Of a DNA stretch of 64,000 nt, positions 29,893 through 38,717 are shown piece after piece. The DNA is from Bacilli bacterium (GTDB taxonomy: Bacteria > Bacillota_I > Bacilli_A > RF39 > UBA660), in the NCBI GenBank assembly GCA_022791775.1, contig JAAVZT010000036.1:8335-72334 (forward strand), in the 5' to 3' direction. The translations under genes and the position numbers were made by a program. The first letter of the stretch is position 1. The number at the start of each line of letters is the position of its first letter. The notes under the pieces were generated by a model, which made no database searches, had not been told where the DNA came from, and saw only the letters and a program-made list of their open reading frames with translations.

Positions 29893-29893
29893 A

Positions 29894-29919
29894 AGTGGAT
29901 AACATAGTACTTATCCACA
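29894..29919. promoter_or_regulatory. Inverted pair of DnaA-box-like 9-mers / hairpin upstream of gap
   Basis: AGTGGATAA (8/9) and TTATCCACA (9/9) separated by 8 bp. Confidence 0.55.
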
Positions 29920-29937
29920 ATAAGAAAGGAATAAAGT

Positions 29938-30939
29938 ATGATAAAAGTTGCAATTAATGGTTTTGGAAGAATTGGAAGACTCGCATTTCGAGAAATGATT
30001 ACGGGAGTTGATTTTGATATTGTTGCAATCAATGATTTAACATCTCCAAAGGATTTAGCATATTTATTAAAATACGATACAAATCATCGTACATTTCATG
30101 AAGATTTAATTGAAGCAGAAGGAAATGAACTAGTTATCAACAGTCAAAAGCGAATTCAGATTTTTCAAGAAACAGATCCTGAAAAACTGCCTTGGGCTCA
30201 ATTAGGTGTCGATTTAGTATTAGAATGTACAGGCCATTTTACCAAAGAAGAACAAGCTTATAAACACATTAAAGCAGGTGCTAAAAAAGTATTAATATCT
30301 GCACCTGGAAAAGGAAATATGAAAACCATTGTATACAATGTAAATGAGAAAATGCTAGATGGAAGCGAGCAAATTGTATCCGCAGCTTCTTGTACAACAA
30401 ATTGTTTAGCCCCAGTTTTAAATGTATTAGAAAATCAATTTGGAATTATGAAAGGATTTATGATTACTGTTCATGCCTATACAAATGATCAAGCTACATT
30501 AGATATATCTCATAAAAAAGGATATCAAAGTAGAAGAGGAAGAGCGTGTGCCATGAATATTATTCCTACGAGTACAGGAGCTGCTGAAGCAATTGGTGAA
30601 GTAATCCCTTCTTTAAAAAATAAATTAGATGGTTGCGCTTACCGTGTCCCTGTAAGCGATGGATCCATGATAGATATTACTTTAGAATTAGAACGAAATA
30701 CGACAAAAGAAGAAATAAATAAACAATTTGAAACAAGTCAAAATGAAACATTAAAAATAACTTATGACCCCATTGTTTCAAGTGATATTATTGGAAAAAA
30801 AGTAGGAGCTTTAGTAGATGGATCCTTAACTCAGATTTTAGAAGTCGATAATCGCCAACTGGTTAAAATAGTTGCTTGGTATGATAATGAATTAGGATAT
30901 ACAGCTCAAATGATGAGAACCGCCAAAAAAATGTTTTAA
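29938..30939 (+). CDS. gap: Type I glyceraldehyde-3-phosphate dehydrogenase
   Basis: GFGRIGR, ASCTTNCLAP, HAYT, WYDNE. Confidence 0.98.
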   Translation: MIKVAINGFGRIGRLAFREMITGVDFDIVAINDLTSPKDLAYLLKYDTNHRTFHEDLIEAEGNELVINSQKRIQIFQETDPEKLPWAQLGVDLVLECTGHFTKEEQAYKHIKAGAKKVLISAPGKGNMKTIVYNVNEKMLDGSEQIVSAASCTTNCLAPVLNVLENQFGIMKGFMITVHAYTNDQATLDISHKKGYQSRRGRACAMNIIPTSTGAAEAIGEVIPSLKNKLDGCAYRVPVSDGSMIDITLELERNTTKEEINKQFETSQNETLKITYDPIVSSDIIGKKVGALVDGSLTQILEVDNRQLVKIVAWYDNELGYTAQMMRTAKKMF

Positions 30940-30964
30940 AATTATCCTTGGATAATTTTTTTTT
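30938..30964 (+). terminator. Terminator-like palindrome after gap
   Basis: AAAATTATCC-TT-GGATAATTTT followed by T tract. Confidence 0.75.
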
Positions 30965-30984
30965 GTAAAGAAAAAGGAAAAATT

Positions 30985-31013
30985 TTGCTAAAAAAAGAGA
31001 GATTGGTTATAAT
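30985..31013 (+). promoter_or_regulatory. Sigma-A promoter of pgk
   Basis: TTGCTA-17 bp-TATAAT. Confidence 0.65.
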
Positions 31014-31022
31014 AAAATAGAG

Positions 31023-32243
31023 ATGAAGTATATGAAAAAAACAATTCAAAATACCAACGTAAGAAATAAAACCATATTATTACGAGTAGATTATAATGTT
31101 CCTTTGCAAAATGGAAAGATTTTAGATGATACAAAAATAATAGAAACCTTAGAAACCATTCGATATTTGCAAAGTGAAAATTGTAAAATCGTTATTTTAA
31201 GTCATTTAGGAAAAATAAAAACAGAAGAAGATAAAAGCTGGTATTCATTAGAAGTTGTCGCCGATCGCTTAAAAGAATTATTAAGATGTGAAGTTTATTT
31301 TAGTAAAGAAAATTTTACAAATAATTTAAAAAATCGAGTGGAGCTATTAAAACCACAAGAAATATTAATATTAGAAAATACTCGATTTTTAGATTTACCA
31401 AATCGGTTAGAAAGTAGTTGTGACGCTCAATTATCTATGTTTTGGGCCAGTTTAGGGGACGTATTTGTAAATGATGCTTTTGCCTCCTCTCATCGCCGAC
31501 ATGCCTCAACTTATGGAATCGCAACCTATCTTCCTAGTTGTATTGGTTTTTTAATGCAGAAAGAAATTATAAGTTTAAATAAATTGATTCAAGAACCAGA
31601 AAAGCCTTTTGTTTTAATCATGGGTGGAGCAAAAGTAGAAGATAAAATACAATTAATCCAAAAGTTAATTACAAAATGTGATTATCTACTTTGTGGCGGA
31701 GGAATTGCAAATACGTGTTTAAAAGCACTTGATGTATCAATTGGAGAAAGTTTATCTTCTCAAAATGCAACTACAATCCGTGTACTTCAACAAATCATGT
31801 TAGAAAATAAAACAAAGTTTGTGCTTCCTTTAGATGCTATAGTGGGAACAACATATGATAATAATGAAGTAAAATATAAACGAATTGATAAAATAGAAGA
31901 AAATGATATCATTTTAGATGTAGGTATCAAAACTCTCGAAAAATATCAAACCATCCTTCAAAATGCGAAAACGATTTTTATAAATGGAACATTAGGAAAA
32001 TACGAAGACAATCGTTTTGCAAACGGGACCAAAGAGCTTTTTGAAATGCTCCAAAAAACTAATGCCATTGTAGTTGCGGGAGGTGGAGATACCCAAAGTG
32101 CTTTAAAACAGTTAAAGTATCAAGATAAATTTACATATGTATCAAGCGGTGGCGGAGCAACTTTAGAATATCTAGCGACAGGATCATTGATAGCTTTAGA
32201 AAATATAACAGAGGAGGATTCCATTGAAACTCTTGATTTGTAA
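31023..32243 (+). CDS. pgk: Phosphoglycerate kinase
   Basis: RVDYNVP, SHLG, LENTRF, NDAF, GGAKV.DK, GGGDT, SGGGA; start may be 31032. Confidence 0.95.
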   Translation: MKYMKKTIQNTNVRNKTILLRVDYNVPLQNGKILDDTKIIETLETIRYLQSENCKIVILSHLGKIKTEEDKSWYSLEVVADRLKELLRCEVYFSKENFTNNLKNRVELLKPQEILILENTRFLDLPNRLESSCDAQLSMFWASLGDVFVNDAFASSHRRHASTYGIATYLPSCIGFLMQKEIISLNKLIQEPEKPFVLIMGGAKVEDKIQLIQKLITKCDYLLCGGGIANTCLKALDVSIGESLSSQNATTIRVLQQIMLENKTKFVLPLDAIVGTTYDNNEVKYKRIDKIEENDIILDVGIKTLEKYQTILQNAKTIFINGTLGKYEDNRFANGTKELFEMLQKTNAIVVAGGGDTQSALKQLKYQDKFTYVSSGGGATLEYLATGSLIALENITEEDSIETLDL

Positions 32244-32931
32244 TTGGAAAGAAAATATGACATTAACAGAAGCTCTAAAATATAAAAAAATATTAGAATC
32301 AGTCATCAATAATCGAACCAAAATAATCATTTGTCCTTCTTTTCCATTTCTGCCAATCGTTCATTCTCAAAAATACCTACTAGGAGCACAAGATGTCAGT
32401 GAATTTGAAGAAGGAAATTACACAGGGGAAGTCAGTGCAAAAGCTCTAAAAAGTTTGGATGTAAAATATGTTATTATTGGTCATCATGAACGAGAAACTT
32501 ATTTTTTAGAAAATTACGAAAAACAAAAAAGGAAAATGAACAACGCTTTAAAAGAAGGATTAAAAGTCATTCTTCCCGTAGGTGAAAATCTAATGGAATA
32601 CCAATTAGATAAAACGGAATCAGTCATCAATCAAAAACTAACTGCATTATTAACCGATGTTCCTGTAGAATATCGAACCAATATATCAATTGCATACGAA
32701 CCGGTTTGGAAAATTGGCAGTGAGCAAAGTTTATCTAAAAAAGAAATTATAAAAAGAATGATTTATATCAAGAAATGGCTGTATGAACATAATTATCCTA
32801 ATAATCCCGTTTTATATGGAGGAGGAATCCAGCTCGAAGATATTCAAAATTTACCAGAAATCGACGGCTTTCTATTAGGAACTTTGTCATTAAATGTGGA
32901 AAAAATGTGTCAAGTAATTCAATCTTTCTAA
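32224..32931 (+). CDS. tpiA: Triosephosphate isomerase (divergent)
   Basis: NWK, YTGEVS, IGH, AYEPVW; position after pgk; GAGGAGG RBS before TTG. Confidence 0.88.
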   Translation: MKLLICNWKENMTLTEALKYKKILESVINNRTKIIICPSFPFLPIVHSQKYLLGAQDVSEFEEGNYTGEVSAKALKSLDVKYVIIGHHERETYFLENYEKQKRKMNNALKEGLKVILPVGENLMEYQLDKTESVINQKLTALLTDVPVEYRTNISIAYEPVWKIGSEQSLSKKEIIKRMIYIKKWLYEHNYPNNPVLYGGGIQLEDIQNLPEIDGFLLGTLSLNVEKMCQVIQSF

Positions 32932-32933
32932 GA

Positions 32934-32970
32934 TTCGACAAACTTTTACAAAACTTGACGGAGTTCGCTA
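32934..32970. promoter_or_regulatory. Spo0A boxes upstream of spo0A
   Basis: TTCGACA (exact, TGTCGAA on minus) at 32934-32940; one-mismatch TGACGGA and TTCGCTA nearby. Confidence 0.65.
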
Positions 32971-33051
32971 AAAAATATTCTAGTATTTTGTCTATACATC
33001 ATATATAATGAACTTGCGTGCAGTAAATAGAATACAAAAGAGGAGAACAAA

Positions 33052-33816
33052 ATGAAAACAAACGTAAGAGTCCTTATGATTGATGACAACGAGAAATTGA
33101 TAAACGAAGTTAAGCATTATTTTAGTGGTCACGCAGTAATTCATCTTGATTTAGTAGCTACAAATGGGAAATCAGGTATGGATTTAATTAAAAATCATCA
33201 AAATGAATATGATTTAATATTAATGGATTTACTTATTTCAGAAAAAGATGGTTTTGAAATTTTAGAAGAAATGAAAAAAGAAAAAATTGGTAAACATGTT
33301 ATCATCATTTCGAGCTATAAAAAAGAGTATTCTGTAAAAATGGCTAGCAAGTATGATATTGATTATTACATGTTAAAACCATTTAGTTTAGAATCATTAG
33401 AAAAAAGAATTTTAGAAATAACTGGAGAAGAAACCAAAAAAGAAAACGAACCAAATAATTATATTCAAATGGCAATTAGTAAATTATTGCATTCTTTGGG
33501 AGTTCCTTCTCACATTAAAGGATATCAATACATTAGAGAAAGTATTTATATGATGTATACATCAAAAGAAATGTTAGGTGGAATTACCAAAGAAATATAT
33601 CCAGAAATAGCGATACGTTTTGATACAACAGCTTCTAGAGTAGAACGAGCAATTCGTCATGCAATCGAAGTAAGCTGGTCAAGAGGAGACTATGATTTAA
33701 TGGAAGAAATATTTGGACATAGTGTCGATTATGATCGCGCAAAACCTACTAACTCAGAATTTATTGCAACACTTGCTGATCGCTTGCGGATTGATCAAAA
33801 ACTGGTAATGTCTTAG
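33052..33816 (+). CDS. spo0A: Sporulation master regulator Spo0A
   Basis: Receiver DD..D..K intact; effector GVPSHIKGYQYIRE, TTASRVERAIRHAIEVSW, KPTNSEFIA. Confidence 0.97.
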   Translation: MKTNVRVLMIDDNEKLINEVKHYFSGHAVIHLDLVATNGKSGMDLIKNHQNEYDLILMDLLISEKDGFEILEEMKKEKIGKHVIIISSYKKEYSVKMASKYDIDYYMLKPFSLESLEKRILEITGEETKKENEPNNYIQMAISKLLHSLGVPSHIKGYQYIRESIYMMYTSKEMLGGITKEIYPEIAIRFDTTASRVERAIRHAIEVSWSRGDYDLMEEIFGHSVDYDRAKPTNSEFIATLADRLRIDQKLVMS

Positions 33817-33899
33817 GAAGCAAAAGCTTTCTTTTTTTGACAAAAGAAATACTACGATGAAATAAAATGTGTGATAAAATATACACGAGGCGAAGTCAA

Positions 33900-35402
33900 A
33901 TGAAAAAAATATTAACTATTATTTTAGATGGATTTGGAATGCGAGAAGAAGTAAATGGAAATGCCATTTCCTTAGCGAATCCAGAAAACTTTAATCAATT
34001 ATGGAAAAAATATCCACATGCGTTATTACATGCTTCTGAAGAATATGTCGGCTTAGAAAAAAATCAATTTGGCAATAGTGAAGTTGGACACTTAACGATC
34101 GGTGCAGGTAGAAAAATAAAGCAACCTATGAATCAAATGAAAGACTTTATTGAAAATGATATGAGTTCTAATGAAATGTTTTTAGAGTTAGTGGATAAAA
34201 TAAAAGAAGAAAAAAAACGAGTTCATTTGATGGGACTTTTTAGTGATGGAAAAGTTCATTCTGATATTTCACAAATTATAAAAGTGTATCAAAAATTAAT
34301 TTTAGAAGGTGTTACAGAAATATATTTTCATATTATTACTGATGGACGAGATACAAATTCTAAAATAGCTTATCAATTTATAAAACAAATTGAAGATGAA
34401 ATAGAAAAAAATGAAATTGGAAAAATTGCAACCGTATGTGGTCGTTACTATGCAATGGATCGGGATCATAAATGGGAGCGGACAGAAAAGTATTATGAAT
34501 TAATAACAAAAGGAGTTGGTCTTTCTACAATTCATATAGAGAATACGATTGAAGCGTTTTATGAAAAGAACATTACAGATGAATTTTTAGAGCCAATTAT
34601 TGTAAATAAAAATGGATTAATACAGGAGCAAGATGTATTAATTTGGTTAAATTATCGTACGGATCGAGCTCGTCAAATTTTAAGTCCATTTGTAAATGTA
34701 AAATTTGAAGATTTCAAAACAGAACAGATATATCCAGAGGTTTATACATTTGTTCCGATTGACAAAACAATTAAAACCAATCATTTTTTAGAAGACAATA
34801 TTGTTTCAAATCCATTAGGGATTTATTTATCAAAATTAGGTCTTACGCAAGCAAGAATAGCAGAAACGGAAAAATTTGCACATGTTACATTTTTCTTTGA
34901 TGGAGAATATAATGGAGCCATCGAAGGCGCAAATAAGTATTTAATCCCTTCTCCTAAAGTAGCAACTTACGACATGAAGCCAGAAATGAATGCCGTAGAA
35001 GTGACTAAAAAAGTCATTGCCTGTATGGAAAAAGATTTTGATTTTATACTTGTAAATTATGCAAATCCAGATATGGTAGGACATACAGGAAATTTAGAAG
35101 CTGGAGTAAAAGCTATTATGACTGTCGATTTATGTTTAGGAAAAATTATGGAAGAAGCAGAAGAAAATTTTTATAAAGTAATTATATTAGCAGATCATGG
35201 AAATGCTGATATTATGCGCAACGAAAAAAATGAGCCCGTTACGACTCATACAACATCACTTGTTCCGTTTATTATCACAGATGAGAAAGTAAAATTAAAA
35301 GAAATAGGAGACTTGACTCAAGTCGCACCAACAATATTAGAATATATGGATATTGCAATTCCAAAAGAAATGAAAGAAACAGAGAGTTTATTCGAGAAAT
35401 AA
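33900..35402 (+). CDS. gpmI: 2,3-bisphosphoglycerate-independent phosphoglycerate mutase
   Basis: ILDGFG, GNSEVGH, GRYYAMDRD, ETEKFAHVTFFF, NPDMVGHTG, ADHGN. Confidence 0.97.
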   Translation: MKKILTIILDGFGMREEVNGNAISLANPENFNQLWKKYPHALLHASEEYVGLEKNQFGNSEVGHLTIGAGRKIKQPMNQMKDFIENDMSSNEMFLELVDKIKEEKKRVHLMGLFSDGKVHSDISQIIKVYQKLILEGVTEIYFHIITDGRDTNSKIAYQFIKQIEDEIEKNEIGKIATVCGRYYAMDRDHKWERTEKYYELITKGVGLSTIHIENTIEAFYEKNITDEFLEPIIVNKNGLIQEQDVLIWLNYRTDRARQILSPFVNVKFEDFKTEQIYPEVYTFVPIDKTIKTNHFLEDNIVSNPLGIYLSKLGLTQARIAETEKFAHVTFFFDGEYNGAIEGANKYLIPSPKVATYDMKPEMNAVEVTKKVIACMEKDFDFILVNYANPDMVGHTGNLEAGVKAIMTVDLCLGKIMEEAEENFYKVIILADHGNADIMRNEKNEPVTTHTTSLVPFIITDEKVKLKEIGDLTQVAPTILEYMDIAIPKEMKETESLFEK

Positions 35403-35407
35403 GAATC

Positions 35408-35695
35408 CTATAAATACGAATAAAACGCCTCTGTTTTTTGTTCTTCAAAAAATTTATTAATCGGTACATCTAATACTTGGCTAATATTCCAAAGGACAGG
35501 AACGCTGACCCCTTGTAATCGCTCTGCTTCAATCGATCCGATTAAAGCAGTAGAAACTCCGATCATTTCTGCTAATTTTGCTTGTGATATCATTTCTTTT
35601 GGATGCATTAAATTATATAACTGTCGATAGTATCTAACATTTGCTCCAATCATTTTAAAAATTTCTTTTTTTTCCTGATTTAAATATAACTTCAT
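35408..35695 (-). CDS. XRE-family HTH transcriptional regulator
   Basis: IGANVRYYR...SQAKLAEMIGVSTALIGSIEA...ISQVLDVPINKFF; ATG 35695 after GAGG. Confidence 0.85.
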   Translation of the reverse strand: MKLYLNQEKKEIFKMIGANVRYYRQLYNLMHPKEMISQAKLAEMIGVSTALIGSIEAERLQGVSVPVLWNISQVLDVPINKFFEEQKTEAFYSYL

Positions 35696-35955
35696 ACTTC
35701 TACCTCGCAACTTTATTTTCTCATATCTAGTTGGTTTGTAAACTGACCTAGATTAATAAAATAATACCTATAATAGTAAAAAATAACTGAAAACAAGTTT
35801 GAAAAGAAGTGAAAGGAGATTCAAATTATATTACGGAAAAGAAAAGCAAAGAAAAAAGAATGGTCAGACAAAAAAGAAGTGATTTGACAGTAGCTCTAAA
35901 ATTATTTGGAAGAATATTAAAAAACTAGATATAATAAAAATAGGAGGATTATAAA

Positions 35956-36744
35956 ATGAGATTAAAAAACAAAGTTGCAATTGTAACTGGTGGTGCAATG
36001 GGAAATGGTTATGGAATTGTGAAAGAATTCTTAAAAGAAGGTGCCGATGTAATTATCTTAGATTTTTCAGACCAATTAATGAATACAGTGAAGGAATTAC
36101 AAAAAGAATATCAGCATGTTTCTGGGTTTCAAGTCGATATTCGAGATGCCAAAAAATTAAAAGAAATTGTAAAACAAATTATTCATGAAAAAAAACAAAT
36201 TGATATTTTAGTGAATAATGCTGGAGTCGCAAAACTCTCATCTTTTTTAGAAATGTCAGATGAGCTAAGAGATTATCATTTTGATATCAATATCAAAGGA
36301 ACTTGGAATGTAACCAAAGAAATTTTACCATTTATGAAAGAAAGAAAATATGGTCGGATTGTAAATTTATCGAGTGTGACAGGTCCTTTAGTCGCCGATA
36401 CAGGAGAAGTAGCTTATGCTACCACAAAAGCAGCTTTAATTGGTTTTACAAAAGGATTAGCAATGGAAGTAGTAGAAGATAATATAACAGTAAATGCAAT
36501 TATGCCTGGGTATATTATGACTCCAATGGTAGAAAGTATTGCCAAAGATAGTGATGCCAGTAATCCGAAAAGCATTATAAATGGAATAGCGTCGGGAATA
36601 CCGATGAAGCGGTTAGGAACGATTGAAGAATTAGGACAATTAGCGTTATTTTTAGCTAGTGATGAATCTACTTATATCACTGGTCAAGGCTTTGTGATTG
36701 ATGGTGGTTCTACTTTGCCTGAAACAAAATCAGTGGGAATTTAA
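35956..36744 (+). CDS. ucpA: SDR oxidoreductase, UcpA-like
   Basis: TGGAMGNG, NNAG, YATTK catalytic motif, SSVTG..VADTGE.AY and C-terminal DGGSTLPETKSVGI as in enterobacterial UcpA. Confidence 0.8.
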   Translation: MRLKNKVAIVTGGAMGNGYGIVKEFLKEGADVIILDFSDQLMNTVKELQKEYQHVSGFQVDIRDAKKLKEIVKQIIHEKKQIDILVNNAGVAKLSSFLEMSDELRDYHFDINIKGTWNVTKEILPFMKERKYGRIVNLSSVTGPLVADTGEVAYATTKAALIGFTKGLAMEVVEDNITVNAIMPGYIMTPMVESIAKDSDASNPKSIINGIASGIPMKRLGTIEELGQLALFLASDESTYITGQGFVIDGGSTLPETKSVGI

Positions 36745-36768
36745 AAGAATAAAAAATATTCTTTTTTT
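36743..36768. terminator. Probable bidirectional terminator
   Basis: AAAAGAATA-aaaaa-TATTCTTTT between convergent genes. Confidence 0.6.
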
Positions 36769-37318
36769 ATTTGCGATAAGAATGTGAAGGAGTATAATCT
36801 GTTATTTGATCGAGTAATGCTAAAAAAGTGCCATCCCCAAATTCATTCAATTCCACTAAAGTTTCCTTTTCGTCATAATATTGATTGATTAAAACTTCTT
36901 CATAGCTTTCAAAAAATATTCGATGTTCTATTAAAAAATTTTTTTGAAAGTCCGTTAAACTAGATGGAATATTTATATAACCAAAGGAGAGTTCGTCTTG
37001 TAAGTGAGAGGTAGAATAATAAATTGTTAATACTCCACTTTTGACTAAATCAATATCCAGATCAAAATGAGTAGGATCATCTACATTTATATAAGATTTT
37101 AAAGCTTTTAAATGAGAAGAAATTTTTAAAAGCGGCAAAATAGCATAAATATGACTTACTAAATTGACAGTTCGAATAACTGCGTCAATTTGCTGGTTCG
37201 GATATATATAAAGAAAAGCATAATTTCGTAAATCATGAATATTTGGATAGGGTAAATAAGAAGAATTGTAAGATTCAATTGTTTCTAAAGTATCTTTCTT
37301 TTTTAAATAATAAATCAT
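36767..37318 (-). CDS. Hypothetical protein (183 aa)
   Basis: Open frame with GGAG RBS; no motif recognised. Confidence 0.65.
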   Translation of the reverse strand: MIYYLKKKDTLETIESYNSSYLPYPNIHDLRNYAFLYIYPNQQIDAVIRTVNLVSHIYAILPLLKISSHLKALKSYINVDDPTHFDLDIDLVKSGVLTIYYSTSHLQDELSFGYINIPSSLTDFQKNFLIEHRIFFESYEEVLINQYYDEKETLVELNEFGDGTFLALLDQITDYTPSHSYRK

Positions 37319-37445
37319 AGATCACAACTCCAATTAATATTTTATCATGAGAAAAAAGAAAATTTTCACAAATTTTTCATCTAAGAAAGAAAAAAACAGG
37401 AAAAAAGTTCCTTAAATTTTTAGCAGAAATATGCAAATTTTCCTC

Positions 37446-37474
37446 TTGATTTTCATAGGATATATTGCTATAAT
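37446..37474 (+). promoter_or_regulatory. Sigma-A promoter of S10 operon
   Basis: TTGATT-17 bp-TATAAT with TG extension. Confidence 0.85.
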
Positions 37475-37480
37475 CGACTT

Positions 37481-37600
37481 TGTATGACGGCAAGGATGTA
37501 CGAGGTTGCTGACACGCTTGGAAGCGTTGTTCTAATGTTTCTAGGATTTCAGGTAATTCGAGACGGAGCTAGTCTATACAAGATATAGGCGAAAGGAGAA
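37481..37600 (+). ncRNA. Firmicutes S10 (rpsJ) leader RNA
   Basis: GATGTACGAGGTTGCTGACAC...ACGGAG.TAGTCTA...TAGGCGAAAGGAG resembles the conserved Bacilli rpsJ 5' UTR. Confidence 0.8.
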
Positions 37601-37608
37601 CATAAAAT

Positions 37609-37917
37609 ATGTCAAAAAACAGAGTACGAATTAACTTAAAAGCTTTTGATAATAAAACATTAGATTTAGCTGCAGGAAAAATCGTAGATACTGTAAAAAG
37701 ATTAGGAGGATCTGTAAGTGGACCTGTTCCTCTTCCAACAGAAATTGAAAGAGTAACCGTATTAAGAGCAGTTCACAAATACAAAGATTCACGGGAGCAA
37801 TTTGAAAGCCGCACCCATAAAAGACTAATCGATATCATAAATCCAAGTAAAGAAGTTGTAGATGCGTTAACGCATTTAGATATTCCAAGTGGAGTAGACA
37901 TAGATATCAAGTTATAA
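37609..37917 (+). CDS. rpsJ: 30S ribosomal protein S10
   Basis: [30 protein letters not shown]. Confidence 0.98.
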   Translation: MSKNRVRINLKAFDNKTLDLAAGKIVDTVKRLGGSVSGPVPLPTEIERVTVLRAVHKYKDSREQFESRTHKRLIDIINPSKEVVDALTHLDIPSGVDIDIKL

Positions 37918-37940
37918 ATAATATAAGGAAGGAAATAAAA

Positions 37941-38705
37941 ATGACAAAAGGAATCTTAGGCCGCAAGGTTGGAATGACTCAAGTGTTTACCAAAGATGGA
38001 AAATTAATTCCTGTTACTGTGATTCATGTAGAACCAAATACAGTAATGCAGGTAAAAACAGTTGAAAGTGATGGCTACAATGCAATCCAACTTGGCGTAG
38101 TAGACAAAAAAGAAAAAAATGCAAGTCGTGCAAGTATTGGACACGCAAAAAAAGCTAATACAGCCCCTAAGCGCTTCTTAAAGGAAATAAGAAATGTGGA
38201 AGGTACCTATCAAGTAGGTGATCAAATAAACGCAGACTTATTTGCGGTTGGAGAAGTTGTAGATGTAACTGGAACTTCCAAAGGAAAAGGGTTTGCAGGA
38301 TCAATCAAACGCCACAATCAAGCACGTGGACCAATGGCTCATGGATCTCATTATCATAGAGGGCCAGGATCTCTTGGAACAATGTTGCCAAAAAGAGTAT
38401 TAAAAGGACACAGATTACCAGGACACATGGGATGTGAAACTATTACAATTCAAAATTTAGAAATTATTGAAGCAAATGTTTTGGAAAATTATATTTTAGT
38501 TAGTGGAAATGTTCCTGGAGCAAAGAATTCACTTGTTTTAATTAAATCAGCCGTAAAAAATTCTCGCAAAAGTAATCCGAAAGAAGTTTTGGCCTATGAA
38601 GAAGAAGCGGTTGTAGATGAAGTGATAGAAGAAAATGTAGAAGCAGAAGCTGTTACTGAAGAGAAAAAAGAAAGTGCAGAATCTGCAGAAGTAGAGTCAC
38701 GATAG
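37941..38705 (+). CDS. rplC: 50S ribosomal protein L3 with acidic C-terminal extension
   Basis: [25 protein letters not shown]. Confidence 0.98.
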   Translation: MTKGILGRKVGMTQVFTKDGKLIPVTVIHVEPNTVMQVKTVESDGYNAIQLGVVDKKEKNASRASIGHAKKANTAPKRFLKEIRNVEGTYQVGDQINADLFAVGEVVDVTGTSKGKGFAGSIKRHNQARGPMAHGSHYHRGPGSLGTMLPKRVLKGHRLPGHMGCETITIQNLEIIEANVLENYILVSGNVPGAKNSLVLIKSAVKNSRKSNPKEVLAYEEEAVVDEVIEENVEAEAVTEEKKESAESAEVESR

Positions 38706-38717
38706 GAGGATAATAAA

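Noticed and set aside
32224-32243. pgk/tpiA 20-nt overlap as a Thermotoga-like PGK-TPI frameshift fusion
   Set aside because: tpiA has its own strong SD (GAGGAGG) and TTG start, so ordinary translational coupling explains it
33006-33035. Sigma-H-like promoter for spo0A
   Set aside because: The -35 lacks AGGA and the implied start site would fall inside the SD
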